Positions 26,578 through 40,052 of a stretch of DNA of 64,000 nucleotides are shown here, one piece after another. Numbering within the stretch: position 1 is the first letter of the stretch; every line of letters starts with the position of its first letter. This stretch comes from Octopus sinensis (taxonomy: Eukaryota): positions 15,376,001 through 15,440,000 of the forward strand of contig NC_043009.1 of NCBI RefSeq assembly GCF_006345805.1. The letters run 5' to 3'. The notes below the pieces were generated by a model. That model was not told the DNA's origin. It saw only the letters and a program-made list of their open reading frames with translations, and made no database searches. A program made the position numbers and the translations under genes.

Positions 26578-28110
26578 TTAATTGTTTGTCGTAGACCCGT
26601 TAAGAAGTGGCTTGTATTTTGTAATAAAGAGATTTTCTTTACTTATTCGTTGTGTCGAGGTTGTATCGTCCCTAAATTGGTAGAGGGGGAAAATTCTGAA
26701 GTTTGGTGTTTTTTTGTTGGCGCAAGTATCTATGTGTTGGCTGAAAGCTATTTTTCTGTTTTGGGGAATATTTATCTGGGATCTGTGCAGGGCCATTCGT
26801 TTACGCAAACCATTTTTTGTTTAGCCTATGTACTGCTCTTGACACCCGGAGCAGGTTAGTGAGTATATTAGGTTCTCCGAAGCACATGTGAAGTTGCTTT
26901 TCACTGTAAACCGTTGTCCCTGTTTGAAGGAGAACTCTGATCCCTCAATTAGATAGTCGCATATCCCGAAATTTGGTCTTCCACATTTTTTTACTGTCGG
27001 CTTCTGTGTTGAAGAGTGAATTCGGGCTTGTGTAAGGAGACTTTTCATGGATCTAGGCTGTCTTTTGCTTTTTATGATCGTGTGTGTTTGGAGGATTGTG
27101 TTCATTCTGTGGTCTTTTTTTAGGAGGGGTATGTTGTGGAGGATGGTGTCCGAAGGCTTCGTTATTGAGAGGGTTGTGTGTGGAGATGTATGGTAAGGCT
27201 TTTGGTTGTAAGTTTTTCTTTGATTTGGGATGTCTCAGTTCCTTGATGTTAAGTTGAAGGGCACGTTGAATGCACTTGTCAATAAGTGAAGGTGGATAGT
27301 TCCTGGTGATCAGGGTATCTTTTAGTTCTTGTAGTCGTGTGTCTCTGGTGTTTGCGTTAGAGACTATAGTGCATATCCTTTTTGCTAGATTGAAGGGGAT
27401 ATTCATCCTGGTGTGTCTGGGGTGGCATGAATTGAATGGAAGATACTGCTTAGAGTCTGTAGGCTTATAGTATATGTCTGTTTCTATTATATTATTAGCT
27501 TTCTTAATGAGGATATCGAGGAAGGGGAGTTGTTGTTGGCTATATTCCATCGTGAATTGGATGTTTACGTCCAGTCCGTTTAAAATTTTCTGGAATCCTA
27601 TGAGTGTTTCTATATTTTTATGCCAAAGGATGAAACAGTCATCTAGATATCTCTTCCAGTTGTTTTCTATGTAGATGGAGAAAGGGCTGCCATATCTTTC
27701 TAGAACCTTACGATACAGACTGATCTCTAGGTATCCTATGACTAGGTTGGCAAAGGAGGGGGCCATTCGTGTACCCATCGCAGTCCCCGATTTTTGTCGG
27801 TAGAAGTTGTCATTGAAGGCGAAGAAGTTATTTTCCAGGATGAATTTAACCCCTTCTATCACAAATTCTTTTTTGATGCGGTGTAGTAGTTCGTTGGCGT
27901 GATTCTCTAGCCAGAATTGGATTGCCTCTAGTCCTAGGTTGTGGGGGATATTGGAGTAGAGGTTGACTACATCGAAGGATACCAGTATGGTGTTTTTGTT
28001 TATAGTATTCAGTAGGTGATTGAGCATATCTAAGTCGTCCCTTATATAGCTTTTGACATGTTTGAGGAGTGGTTTTAACAGGGTGTCTAAAAAGTTACTG
28101 AGGCGGTGGG
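26578..28110 (-). pseudogene. Penelope-like RT-GIY-YIG ORF with one frameshift (~27150) and one TAA (26821-26823)
   Basis: ORFs 27053-28027, 26821-27105 and 26578-26808 are consecutive parts of one protein; frame stays open upstream to the (TA)n junction (THRLSNFLDTLLKP). Confidence 0.9.
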
Positions 28111-28163
<53 letters not shown>

Positions 28164-28323
28164 ATATATATATTAGAAGAAATGAGGTCATCAGAAGATC
28201 GGACGGTTCATATTTATATATATTTATTTATATATTACATTGTTTACATATATATATCATATCATTCAGATCATATCATTCAAATTATTAGCGCTTCCTC
28301 CCATTCCAGTGGGGTTTTCAAAT

Positions 28324-28371
<48 letters not shown>

Positions 28372-28568
28372 CAAAGTAGCTAGTTCTAAATTGTCTGTAT
28401 ACGATGCAAGTAGTAACTCTAGTGAAAAGTAATGTTTGTGGCCACTTCAACATGACTGTTCCGTACGGAACACCATTCTTCGTACTCCATTTTTAACCTC
28501 AGGAGAACACCTGTGTGTGTGTGTGTCTCTCTCTCTCTCTTTCTCTGAATACATACATATACATAAAT

Positions 28569-28601
<33 letters not shown>

Positions 28602-28662
28602 CATAGAAAGAAAGAAAGAGAAAGAAATAGAGAGATATTATCATATAAAAAATATATATATA

Positions 28663-28795
28663 TTTCTATATTGCCCACAGGGAGCTAAGCATAGAGGGGA
28701 GAAACAAGAAAAGACAAGGGGATTAAGTTGATTACATCGTCCCAAGTGCTTAACTGGTACTTATTAAATAGGCCCCGAAAGGATGAAAGGCAAAC
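28663..28795 (-). mobile_element. 5'-truncated family A SINE
   Basis: ccccgaaaggatgaaaggcaaa core and tail. Confidence 0.75.
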
Positions 28796-29033
28796 TATAT
28801 ATATGAGCGAGTGCATGTGAAATAAAATAACAAGCCAAAAGCAATTTGATATTCGTAGGAATTTCTATTTATAAAATTTCCTTGGCCCTGTTATCTTATT
28901 CTAATTAACATATATGTGTACAAATGGGGACCGTAGTGTTGTTGGTAAATGTATGTAGGAAAGCAAGTACACACACACTCACACACACACACACACCACA
29001 CTCACATATATATATATATATACTAAATATATA

Positions 29034-29590
29034 TTATACTAAATATCATGGAAAATCCTAAGTAATGGCTTCGGGGAAGAGAATTGAGAATAAAGTAAAG
29101 GTGATAAGAGTGTTGCTAGTGGGAGGTATACAATTTGCATTTTTTCGATATCTAAGCAAGAATGTTGAAGAGAAACGAAGGTGTGAGAGAGACAAGAATT
29201 GAAATTTTCGGAAATTTTTTTATTAATTCTGACGCAAGACCCGCAAGATTATTATGCCTTTTTTATGGCAACTTCTCTGTAGAAGAGCGTAGGCTCGAAA
29301 CGTAAAGTTGCCATAAAAAGGCATAATAATCTTGCGGGTCTTGCGTCGGAATTAATAAAAAAATTCCGAAAATATATCTAAGCAATTATTTATGTTCATA
29401 CTTAGTTTATAAAATTTAATTTCAATTCTTGTCTCTCTCACACCTTCGTTTCTGTTCAACATTCTTGCTTAGATATCGAAAAAATGCAAATTTTATACCT
29501 CCCACTAGCAACACTCTTATCACCTTTACTTTATTCTCAATCCTCTTCCCCTAAATCATTACTTAGGATTTTCCTTGATATTTAGTATAA
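29034..29590. mobile_element. ~560-bp fold-back (240-285 bp arms, 30-nt loop) with a hammerhead-like core in the loop
   Basis: Arms 29034-29274 and 29305-29590; loop ct-CTGTAGAA-GAGC-gtag-GCTC-GAAA-CG-TA. Confidence 0.8.
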
Positions 29591-29867
29591 ACCAGCTGGG
29601 AGTAAGCAGTACTTCCTATTGTATCCACGAATGAGAAAATTATTTCAAAACTTTTCGTGGGAACATTTCGAAATTTGCCTGACAGCTGTGATTCAGCCTT
29701 GCCAGAGTTCTCAAAAGTAATCGTAATGTGATTTAACTAGAATTATGGAAATGCGTACATATAAGTATGTCAAAGGCACAGTTTCTCTATCTTGATGGAG
29801 ATCAGCCACGTTCAGTATTAATGTTTTAAACTCTTCTTTAAATAATCATCTTTATAAACAAGGTCGT

Positions 29868-30285
29868 AGTCACGGGTGTGTGGTAAGAATTTTGCATCCC
29901 AGCCATATGGTTTCGGGTTGTGTCACTGCACCGCCTTGTGTACAAGTGCCCTCCGCTATAGCCTAGGGCCGACCAAAGCCATGTCAGTGGTTTTGGTGGA
30001 CAGAAGTTGAAAGAAACCTGTCAGTGTTATGTGTGTGTGCGTGTGTGTGTATGTGTGTGGGTATGTGTGTGTGTGTGTGTGTGTGTGTGTATTTGACATC
30101 TACCACTTCTTGTCAACAGGTGTTGATTTACGTCTCCATTACTTTAGTGATCAGAAAAAAATACACAGATGCAATAACGCCAGGTTTTAAAAATAGGCAC
30201 TGGGGTCGGATTGATCGACTGAACCCTTCAAGCAAGGACTGAGGAATGGCTGTGTTTCAATGACTGAAAGACGGAAATGATAATC
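29868..30285 (+). mobile_element. Family C SINE with internal (GT)n
   Basis: gtgtggtaag..ggccgaccaaagcc..(GT)n..ctggggtcg. Confidence 0.7.
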
Positions 30286-30685
30286 GGTAAAAGTGTACAT
30301 AGCAGAAATGTCATTGTCTGACAGAGTAAAGTGCATAATTTTTTAATTACCCTTTAAGTTCTAAGTGAAAATATCGTCTTCTATGCTCGCTTTCTTTGTC
30401 TGTATAATAAATATGTCGTCTTTCCAATATTAGAAGTAATTATTTCTGTTCCATTTTCACACATATTTTATTTCTGTTTTGAAACTGACTTTATATTTGT
30501 GTATTTGGTTTTAATTTGTTAATTAATTTTCTCTTTCACTAAAAGATTTAATTACCTCGTTATTAGTAGAACTGTTAACCACACAATAGGAAGGTTATTA
30601 AGTATTTCAAATTATTAATCTATTTTGAGTTAATAACTGACAAAGTAGAAGTAATGAATATCATGAGACTTCAATAGGTGTTTTG

Positions 30686-31560
30686 CACAAGGTTGTATCA
30701 AAATGTACCCGTTCTGTAGCGCACCAACTAATGGCCTCGCACGGATGCGTGCACAATGAGAGCTAGTGATCTTCCTCAGACTGTGTTCCGAGTGACAGCG
30801 CTGTGCTTAGTTAGCAAGTCGCTAAATGTGTGTTTTTTTTATTATATGTATGCTGTAGTTTGCGATTTTATCCTGAACAGGAACAAACAGCCAGCGTAAA
30901 CGTTTGCTTTAAGCAAGGGAAGTCTGATATAAAGGCATTGAGAATGCTTTGGGAAGTTTACTGCGACGAGGTAATGGATCATATGCAAGGTTTCGAGTGA
31001 CGCGGGCGCTTCAAAGCGGAAGAATGTCCCTGGAAGATGTGGAGTGATCTGGAAGACCTACCATGAGCTTCATTCCAGGAAAGGTCGTATTGTGCATCAA
31101 AAACTCGTCCTTCAGAGCCAGACAGTCACTTGAATGCTCTACTGCGACACTTTGAGGCGTTTGATTGAGGACATTCGACGAAAGCGCCTGGATCTGAGAG
31201 GCGCCAAGATTAGGATTCGTCACGACGACAATGCTCCCTGTCACCGAGCTCTCCTCACGCGTAAGTTCCTTCCCCAAAACAACATGGTGTCTCCTCCGCA
31301 CCCGCCTTATTCGTCAGATTTAGCACCAGCGGACTTTTCCCCAAGCTGAAAATACAGTTCAAAGGTCACTGATTTAACACCGGTCAGTCCTGGAAAGCTT
31401 AAGGAAAATGACATCCGGGGCGGATTCCAAAGGTGACAGGCACGCTGGGACCACGCTGAACAAGGTGATTAATTCGAAGGAGATGATATTTAAACGTAAG
31501 TAAATAGGGGTTATTTTATCAAACATAATTAGAATTGGAACCTTTTGATACCATCTTCTA
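30686..31560 (+). mobile_element. Internally deleted mariner (DD34D) element with degenerate TIRs
   Basis: TIRs 30686-30709 and 31537-31560; HDDNAPCH...HPPYSSDLAPADF. Confidence 0.85.
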
Positions 31561-31729
31561 TCATTGATTTATTCATATATGTACGTTATAAACAAACAAA
31601 CAGGAACATGTAACTTGAAAAAAATAATGAGTAGCCTGAAAAGTTATTTACATTATTTACTTATTAGTCACATTATTTTCTTCAGGAATAAAAATTCGCG
31701 ATTATGAAATAAAATAAATATGAAATCAA

Positions 31730-31797
31730 AATAATAATAATAATAATAATAATAATATATAATAATAATAATAATATAATAATAATAATAATAATAA

Positions 31798-31828
<31 letters not shown>

Positions 31829-31925
31829 AAGAAGAAGAAGAAGAAGAAGAAGAAGAAGAAGAAGAAGAAGCAGAAGAAGAAGAAGAAGAAGGAAGAAGAA
31901 GAAGAAGAGAAAGAAAAAAGAAGGG
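31730..31925. repeat. Compound (AAT)n-(GAA)n microsatellite
   Basis: Directly visible. Confidence 0.97.
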
Positions 31926-33042
31926 GAATAGAATAATAATCCTTTCTCCTATAGATACAATGCGTGATATTTTAGGGGAGGGTCATAGTCGATTATATCA
32001 GCCCCAGGACTAGATTGCTGTTTATTTTATCGATTGCTACTTATTTTACCGCTAAGCATTTCGCCCGGCGTGCTAACGATTCTCCTTGGCAATCGCCTCC
32101 CTGAAATGGGAGAAGCAGAAGTAGAAGAAGAAGAAGAGCATAAAATCCTGATTTGGGATTTGAAGAGTGAGACTCAGAACAGAGACTAAAAGATCCTTAA
32201 CTTCTGTATAAAAGCAAAACCATCCTACAAGAAACCACAGCAGCAAGCATTGAAACATAATAGCATAAGTAACCTCAGAGATATGTGGTGATGGAGAAGA
32301 ATAAATAAATCCTTTTCTCACCGGCAGCCTAGTGTTGACCAAGCAAAACATATATCCACAGACACCAGAGATCTGAAACTCACATACTCTGAATGCTAGC
32401 AGAAACAAAATGTAGATCGTTCAGGCTTATCCCTGAATAGGTATCAGAAAAGGACGAAATAACAATCGTTAGGATATATTAATGAAAACACACTGGGAGT
32501 TCAATATAGTCAACCATATTTCTGAAGAACTCCACGTCGAGAAAGTAAATATATCTTCTAATTGATATATCAGTTACTACAATATACCTCGCAAAGAATT
32601 AAAGGAGGTGTTGAAATAGAGACATTTGATATAAGGGATCATCCGTGTGAACCCTGAAGGCAAAAGCAATTTCTATAGAATACCAGATGCTTTAGGTAGA
32701 GCCAATAATATGCAGACAAATGCATAACGAACATTCAATACAGTAACAGCAAAATCAGTGAGACAAAACGGAGTATATACCCATGGAGCACGACGCTGTG
32801 CTCGAAATTACAGTGAATGTCCACAGTGCGAATGACACTGTCTTTTATTTTATACATGTTTCAGTCACTCGTTTGCAGCTATGAAGGAACAGTGACTTCA
32901 AGAGTTTATCGAATAAAACGATAATAGGGATTTTTTTAACTCTAGTATTTCTGGTATCGGTTTCGTTTGAAGAACCTATAGATTATGCGCAAGTAAAGAA
33001 ACCAACACCACGCAACGCACACACACAACACACACACAAACA

Positions 33043-33092
<50 letters not shown>

Positions 33093-33154
33093 AAAGTCTC
33101 TATGTACCTCTGTCTCACTATATATATACCTGTACATCATCTCCAAACCTTCTA

Positions 33155-33189
<35 letters not shown>

Positions 33190-33202
33190 ATATATATATA
33201 TA

Positions 33203-33238
<36 letters not shown>

Positions 33239-33240
33239 AT

Positions 33241-33740
33241 ATATAAATCATTAGGAGAATCAATTCATTAGAGTCCAATAAATGTCATAAAATGGAACAG
33301 GTTTTGATGCTAATATGGACTATCTAGTTAATTTACCCAGACAGCTGTTTCTGACGCAAAATACTATATTTCTGGTATACAATTGAAGAATAGATGTTTC
33401 AACGAAAGTAATACACAAAATTATATTATATAATCTGGATAATAAATACTAAAATATCTAATTATAATTTAGAATATCTACAATATTTAATTATTATCCA
33501 TTGATGAGTTACAACTGACACAATATAATATTGTGTATTACTTTTGTTTAAAATATTTAATTATTATCCACTGATGAGTTCCAAATTAGATAATAAAATA
33601 ATGTCTATTACTATTGTAATATATTATATATATAATCTATATTAGCATCAATACCTGTTCCATTTCTTTGATGACATTTATTGAACTCCGTTTCATAAAT
33701 TGATTCTTCTAATGATATTTATATATTTATATATTCATAC
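33241..33740. mobile_element. Old fold-back insert with hammerhead half-motifs
   Basis: Arms 33241-33316 and 33639-33724; GAAACAGCTGTC on minus at 33340-33351; CTGATGA on plus at 33571-33577. Confidence 0.55.
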
Positions 33741-34131
33741 GGAACTGAAAGGAATCCCTTAAAGTATGATAAAAATATCTTGGATACCTTGGGATTAAAA
33801 CCTTAAGTGAAGAAGTATTTACGCCAAAATGTAAAACGTAAGCAAGACAATTTTTTTACATTTTGGCGTTTGCTGGGTTTTTTCTTGAGAACAAACTCTT
33901 TGTGGTAAGGCGATTTGACGTCTATGTCTAGCGTATATAGAAATCCACTTTAGTGGTCATTCCTCTTATTAATTGTAATATAATTTTTAAAACTTCAGAT
34001 TTTTTTGAATATGTTAGACCACTGGTTTAAATTGATGTTAATTGATTGATATCAATTTCTACCCATATTATTTTAATTTACACTCACACACAGGCAACAC
34101 ATGTACACACACACACACACACACACACACA

Positions 34132-34206
<75 letters not shown>

Positions 34207-34810
34207 CATAATTATAATTAAGGTTCAGCTAATTGCTTCAGCACATGCCGAATTTAGAAATAGGAGTTAAAATTCCTTTCTGCTACTATAAGAATCTCCA
34301 TGACAGTAAACATACTTTTTTACGAAGGCAAAGAGAAAAACAATGAATCAACATGACCAGGATTAACTATATACGTGTTTCGAGATTAAAGTGATTTAAA
34401 TTTTACTTACTTCTCTCTTCAGTGTAGTATTTCCAATTATAAAACTTGAAAGTGCTAGAGCCGAATATGCACACAATCGAGCGACATGATGTAACCGATA
34501 TCCAACCAATACTTCTAAAATTTACAGAGCCGAATGTGAATACACTATTCAAACTCTATTCCCACGTGTATGCTACGAGCAATACCGCAGAAAACTGCAG
34601 TATTTTATCATGATGTAAATAGTAATTTAAAATTAATAATAGAAGAGTAAAATTTATTAATTGGATTAATTAATTAATTAATCAATTACTTATTAATTTT
34701 AGCAAGTATATCGATACGTTAAAATAACCTTTATAGGTAAAATTATCCACACAATTATAATTAGGGTTCAGCTAATTGCTTCCCCACATACCGAATTTAG
34801 AAATAGAAGC

Positions 34811-35072
34811 AACCGAAGAGCTTGCTCGTGAAATTAACGTGCAAATAGCTGAGCACTCCACAGACACGTGTAACCTTAACGTAGTAAACAGGGAGAAAGT
34901 GTGACAATGCCGACCATTTGAAATACAGGTACAACTCATTTTTTCCTCCTGTGTGGACTGCATCAACGTGAAATAAAATATCTTACTCAAGAACACAACG
35001 TGTCGCCAGGAATTGAACTCACGACCTTTACGATCGTAAGCCGAATGCTCTAACTACAAAGCCATGCGCCTT
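34811..35072 (-). mobile_element. Family D SINE
   Basis: Homologous to 20136-20452; B-box gagttcaattcc on minus. Confidence 0.7.
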
Positions 35073-35105
35073 CACACACACACACATATGTAGATCTCTC
35101 TCTCA

Positions 35106-35141
<36 letters not shown>

Positions 35142-35144
<3 letters not shown>

Positions 35145-35768
35145 TTTTTTGCGTAATGAGATTAAAAAAACCAAGGCTGTATAGATATTAGAGCATTTAT
35201 AGATAGAAGGTCTTACAGCTGTTTCTAGAATATTAATTAATAATAATATCCCTTCACCGGAGACGGTGTGAGAGGAAAAATTAAGTCATAATTAGTTTCG
35301 TTGTGATATAAATAGAGAGTGAGGTGGGGGAAAAATATATTTAAGATATGTATGGTTATGGAGTTCATAAATCCGTTTTATAGGCATAATGGTATATATG
35401 TGTATCTTTCCAATATCCTTTGGGTAAAATCCTAAAGCCCAACAGAGTTTAATATGAGTCCATCGAGATTTAAAGTTTATAAGCAATACATACACACTCG
35501 GGAGAGCGAGTATTAAGCACTTCACACAATTCAACTCCGCTTTGGGTGTGGATTAATTCGCTTGAGGTTGTTTTGGGCACTTCTATACATATATTAAGGC
35601 TTATGTTTCCAGTTTCTTGTCAACATCGTACAGACTAATAATGTCGGCTTTTCTTAGTACCTGATCTGTCGTATCTGTTGCATTAAGGCAGAGTTCTTCA
35701 TGTAGCAGTGTCAGATTACTTCAGGTTACGCCATTAGATTGCACTATGACGAATCATCACTCTGACCT
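35142..35768 (-). mobile_element. Probable Penelope 3' remnant between (TA)n tracts with degenerate hammerhead (35210-35264)
   Basis: GTCT-CCGGTGAA-GGGATATT..AATATTCT-a-GAAAC-AGCT-GTA-AGAC. Confidence 0.55.
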
Positions 35769-35787
35769 ATGTATATATGTATATATG

Positions 35788-35835
<48 letters not shown>

Positions 35836-36699
35836 ATAATAATATATATATATATATATATAATATATATAATATATATATGCACATTTATATATATATT
35901 TTTGTATGTGTGAGTGAAACCTGTCTCAATGTAGGACAATACTGGACATGATTTGTAAGTTATAACACGGAATTCTATCTATTTCTCCACTTAGTTTATT
36001 GGTGCACATGAAATTGTCAAGACATTTGCTGTCTGTAAAGTGATAATCTTCGTGACTATTTATCAAATACATGTAGACAATAAATGTATGTAATATACCA
36101 CACTGTAATAGATGACGAGCACTAAATTCATATATATTATGATATATTTACATCATTTCAAAATACAAAACAATTTCATAAAAAAAATTTGAAATATATA
36201 TATATCATAAAATATTGAATTAAAATTTAACAATTCAACTTTAGCAATTTCTCGTTGCTGAGAAATTATACAGATTTTTTTTCTTATGCCTCGATGATAT
36301 TTTCATCACCAATAATAATGAATGATTTAAACAGGACATAATTATAAAGAGCTACATATTTCTAATTCATTTCATTTTTTAAATATGTTTTAGAAATGAA
36401 ATGTCTCCATAATGCAATAACGTTCCATATGAATATATTCTGGCTATCACGAGAAACTCGTAGTGCAGCAAACTTTGTGTTATTTTATAGTTTGGAAGTT
36501 TGACGACAGGCATTCTATTAGTGCATCACAATCTTCAGGTTTATTTTTAAAATAGCTCTGAAAATTCCAGGGTCGCAATATATAACGGAAGTGTTGTGAC
36601 CATATCCAGTATTTTGTATTTCAACATATAAAGATTATATAAGGTGTTTTCGTAAACTGACGTAAATCAATAGGTATGTACTATCAGTGCTCTGTCTGT

Positions 36700-37420
36700 C
36701 TGTCTGGCTTACCATTAAAACTATGGTTTGCACAGCAGCTGAAAGTGTAATGTTAAGGCTGCCTATCAGAGGCGGCTAGGAAGTAGTTACTCATTGAGCA
36801 GGTCGATGTAGATTAAAATAAAAAGGAAAGAGCAAAACGTTTGGCATCACTTGATAAAGATATTTAACTTAGATGGAGAATATAATACAAGAGACTTTCT
36901 ATATTTCAACATCTATTTAGAGACTCGTTCTCTTTCGGGCAACCATTGCTATTTTTGAAATATCAGTTTATTGCAAATGCTTATCAAATTTCCTTATGGT
37001 GGGGGTATAATAATATTGTAAGTAGATGCTAGTGTAATAGACCCCAAACTTTGACTGCAGTATAAAACTTGCTGGTGGGGTTGCTGATTATATAATTGAA
37101 AATATGCATCATTATCACCCTTCACCCAATGTCCACTATCATCAACATCAAAATGGTTTTGAACATTTGCCAAATATGTAATACTGCTTTTTTAATACGC
37201 GTACAAATCTAAATAATCTATAGATGTTATGAGATTCAAATGCGAACATTACCCTTCCTGAAAATGTGTCTGTCCTCTTGCTTGTTAATTCATTCGACAG
37301 ACTTGATATTATTTTGTGGGACAGGGAACAAAAGTCATGAATTGTTGAACTGTTGTAGAGATCGGCTGCCCAATGAGGGTGAATGTACAGTCGGAAATGC
37401 AAGAATTAATGCAGAACTTA
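36700..37420 (-). mobile_element. Highly decayed CR1-like RT
   Basis: Ordered remnants PIS(T)T, THFQEG..NL, DYLDL and a GP-like motif. Confidence 0.35.
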
Positions 37421-37557
37421 CATCGCTTTTAACTTGAGTATTAATTCTATCATCATAGGTGCATTCGATTATGTAACTACAAATTTACACAAAATAACCT
37501 ACTAATACTAAGTTTTTCGAAGAAAGATCATAAGAAACTGATACAGATTCTCTAAAT

Positions 37558-37630
<73 letters not shown>

Positions 37631-38645
37631 ATATATACACACTTATACATATATACTTATACACACTCATACGCACACACAATCAAAGTTATTTCCGAAA
37701 GTTCATGTGTACACAAACACTGAATTATCTGAAACGATAAAAGACCGAGTAACGGTAAGTAGAAGAACAGAACTATATGGAAAGAAGTTTTTAATACAAT
37801 AAAACTGTCAAAAAGATGTATATGCTTCAGACATATATGCCCAAAGCGTCTCCATAAAAAAATGTTGTTAAAGAAAGAAAATCCCTTTTGTCAAAAAGAT
37901 CTAACGAGTCTTAAATTTTCAATATGACAGTCTGTCATTTAATAGCTCTTCCGAAATTCTTACAACAAAGGACTCCTATCAGTCACTCGCCAAACAAATG
38001 AGAGCGCTTATGTGTGCATGTGTATGCATGTTTGTGCGTGCCTTTGCGTGTTTTCCTGTGTACAATTGTATATATAAGAAAGAAAGAGTACATGTGACGT
38101 TTTAGTATAGTTGTGTGCTTAGGAAATCTGCTTCGAAGCCATATGGCTCAGGTTTTAAACGCGATGCGCGGAATCGATGAAGGCAAGTTTCTCATATCCT
38201 ATACAAGACACGGCCCGACCTATAATTTTAATATTTCGCTTAGGCATTGCGATGCTAATAACCTGACTTTAGAAATGAATAATATGCATAGGTTTCATTA
38301 CCAAGGATCAGTCGAGTCCAGAGCATTAATAACAACTTGTTATGACAAAGAAATACACGATTCATAATTACCATATGAACTTCATTAGCTTACAGATAGT
38401 TCTGCTATAAAGTGCAATGCACTCATCGTTGACTGCTTGAGTATCAACTTATAATTTCATTGGAGCTTCAAACATGAAATGCAGTTTATTCGGGAGGAGC
38501 ATTTGCTTTTATGTATGTACATACAAATGCATTACCAATGAAAAAGCATACAAACATGTAGGAAATGATATTCAGGAGCTCAAGAGGAAGACCATCCGAG
38601 ATTTAGAATAACAAAATGTTTTTAAGTATTTAAGGATAGATATAT

Positions 38646-38879
38646 ATTCCTTTACTACCCACAAGGGGCTAAACAAAGAGGGGACAAACAAGGACAGACA
38701 AAGGGATTAAGTCGTTTCCATCGGCCCCAGTGCGTAACTGGTACTTAATTTATCGACCCCGAAAGGATGAAAGGCAAAGTCAACCTCGGCGGAATTTGAA
38801 CTCAGAACGTAACGGCAGACGAAATACGGCTTCGCATTTCGCCCGGCGTGCTAACGTTTCTGCCAGCTCGCCGCCTTCT
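38646..38879 (-). mobile_element. Family A SINE with 17-bp TSD
   Basis: TSD tttaaggatagatatat at 38629-38645 and 38880-38896. Confidence 0.92.
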
Positions 38880-39275
38880 TTTAAGGATAGATATATGGTG
38901 AATTTCTATACGATGTAAAAATACAGTAAATAGAACTATCATTAAATGTATTGTAGGGAAAATAAATAGAATGACAATTTTGGAATACAAGACTATGGGA
39001 GAAATAGAAAAGAATACACATAATCGAGTTATATATCTGACTGGTTTGTGCCTATATTATCAGTCAATACCACTTTTGGCCCTCTCTCTCTCTCTCTCAC
39101 GCACTCTCTCTCACCTTATCTCTCTCAATCTCACTCTCACTTTCACTCTCTCTCCCACTCTCTCTCTCTACACACACACATACATATACAAGAATTCACA
39201 TTTAGCACTTTCTTTCTTGACTTTATACAAATACATATACATATATATATATATATATAATATATATATATATAT

Positions 39276-39333
<58 letters not shown>

Positions 39334-39340
39334 ATATGAA

Positions 39341-39371
<31 letters not shown>

Positions 39372-39544
39372 ACTAAGCTTAAAGAGAGAGGTCGTTTTAA
39401 TGGGATATTGTTAAATATTGGAAAGGTGTCTATCTTCTTGAATGTCATTAATATCTAATTCCATTTTAGAAAAATACATTCGTAATTCAAATAATAGTAT
39501 ACACGAGACAGTTTCCGATTCTATTTACAAGTGGAGGAGTAAGT

Positions 39545-39920
39545 CTGTAATACCGACCCCCGTGCTGAACTGGTCATCGTTTCATAGATCACGAAAGGGA
39601 TGAAGGGCAAAGTCAACCGCGGCAGAATTGGAGCACAGAACGTTAAGCCGGACGAAATACTAATGATTCTGCCAGCACACCGACTTGATACAGTTCTTTA
39701 AATTACTAGTCCAGTTAATGCGGTGAGCTGGACAAAATGCTTAGTAGAAGTTCGTCCCTGCTCACTTTTTGGGAATTCCAATTCTACCGAGGTCGACTTT
39801 GCTCTTCATCCTTTCTGGGGTCGATAAATAAGTACCAATTGGGCACTGCGGTTGATGTAATCGACTGACACCCACAACCGAAGTTACTGGCTTTCTGCCA
39901 CAATTTGAAATCAAGATTAC
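39545..39920. mobile_element. Two old family-A-related SINEs in opposite orientation (39545-39685 minus, 39720-39920 plus)
   Basis: gggatgaagggcaaagtcaacc and gaggtcgactttgctcttcatcc cores. Confidence 0.65.
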
Positions 39921-40052
39921 TATTCAAGTTTAAAATGATTAACACTCGTATACAGCTGTATAAATAATATATAGCTGCGATGTGAATAGCATTTAACTAG
40001 GAGGATATATTTTGATGATTTTTATTTTTACATTTATATATTTACATATTTT

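Noticed and set aside
26821-26823. Selenocysteine or programmed readthrough at the in-frame stops (here and 6810-6812)
   Set aside because: Both are TAA, not TGA, at positions where Gln (CAA) is plausible; simple nonsense mutations
37148-37476. Possible minus-strand host exons (AG...GTAAGT at 37422-37476)
   Set aside because: No consistent spliced frame; the region is better explained as decayed CR1-like RT
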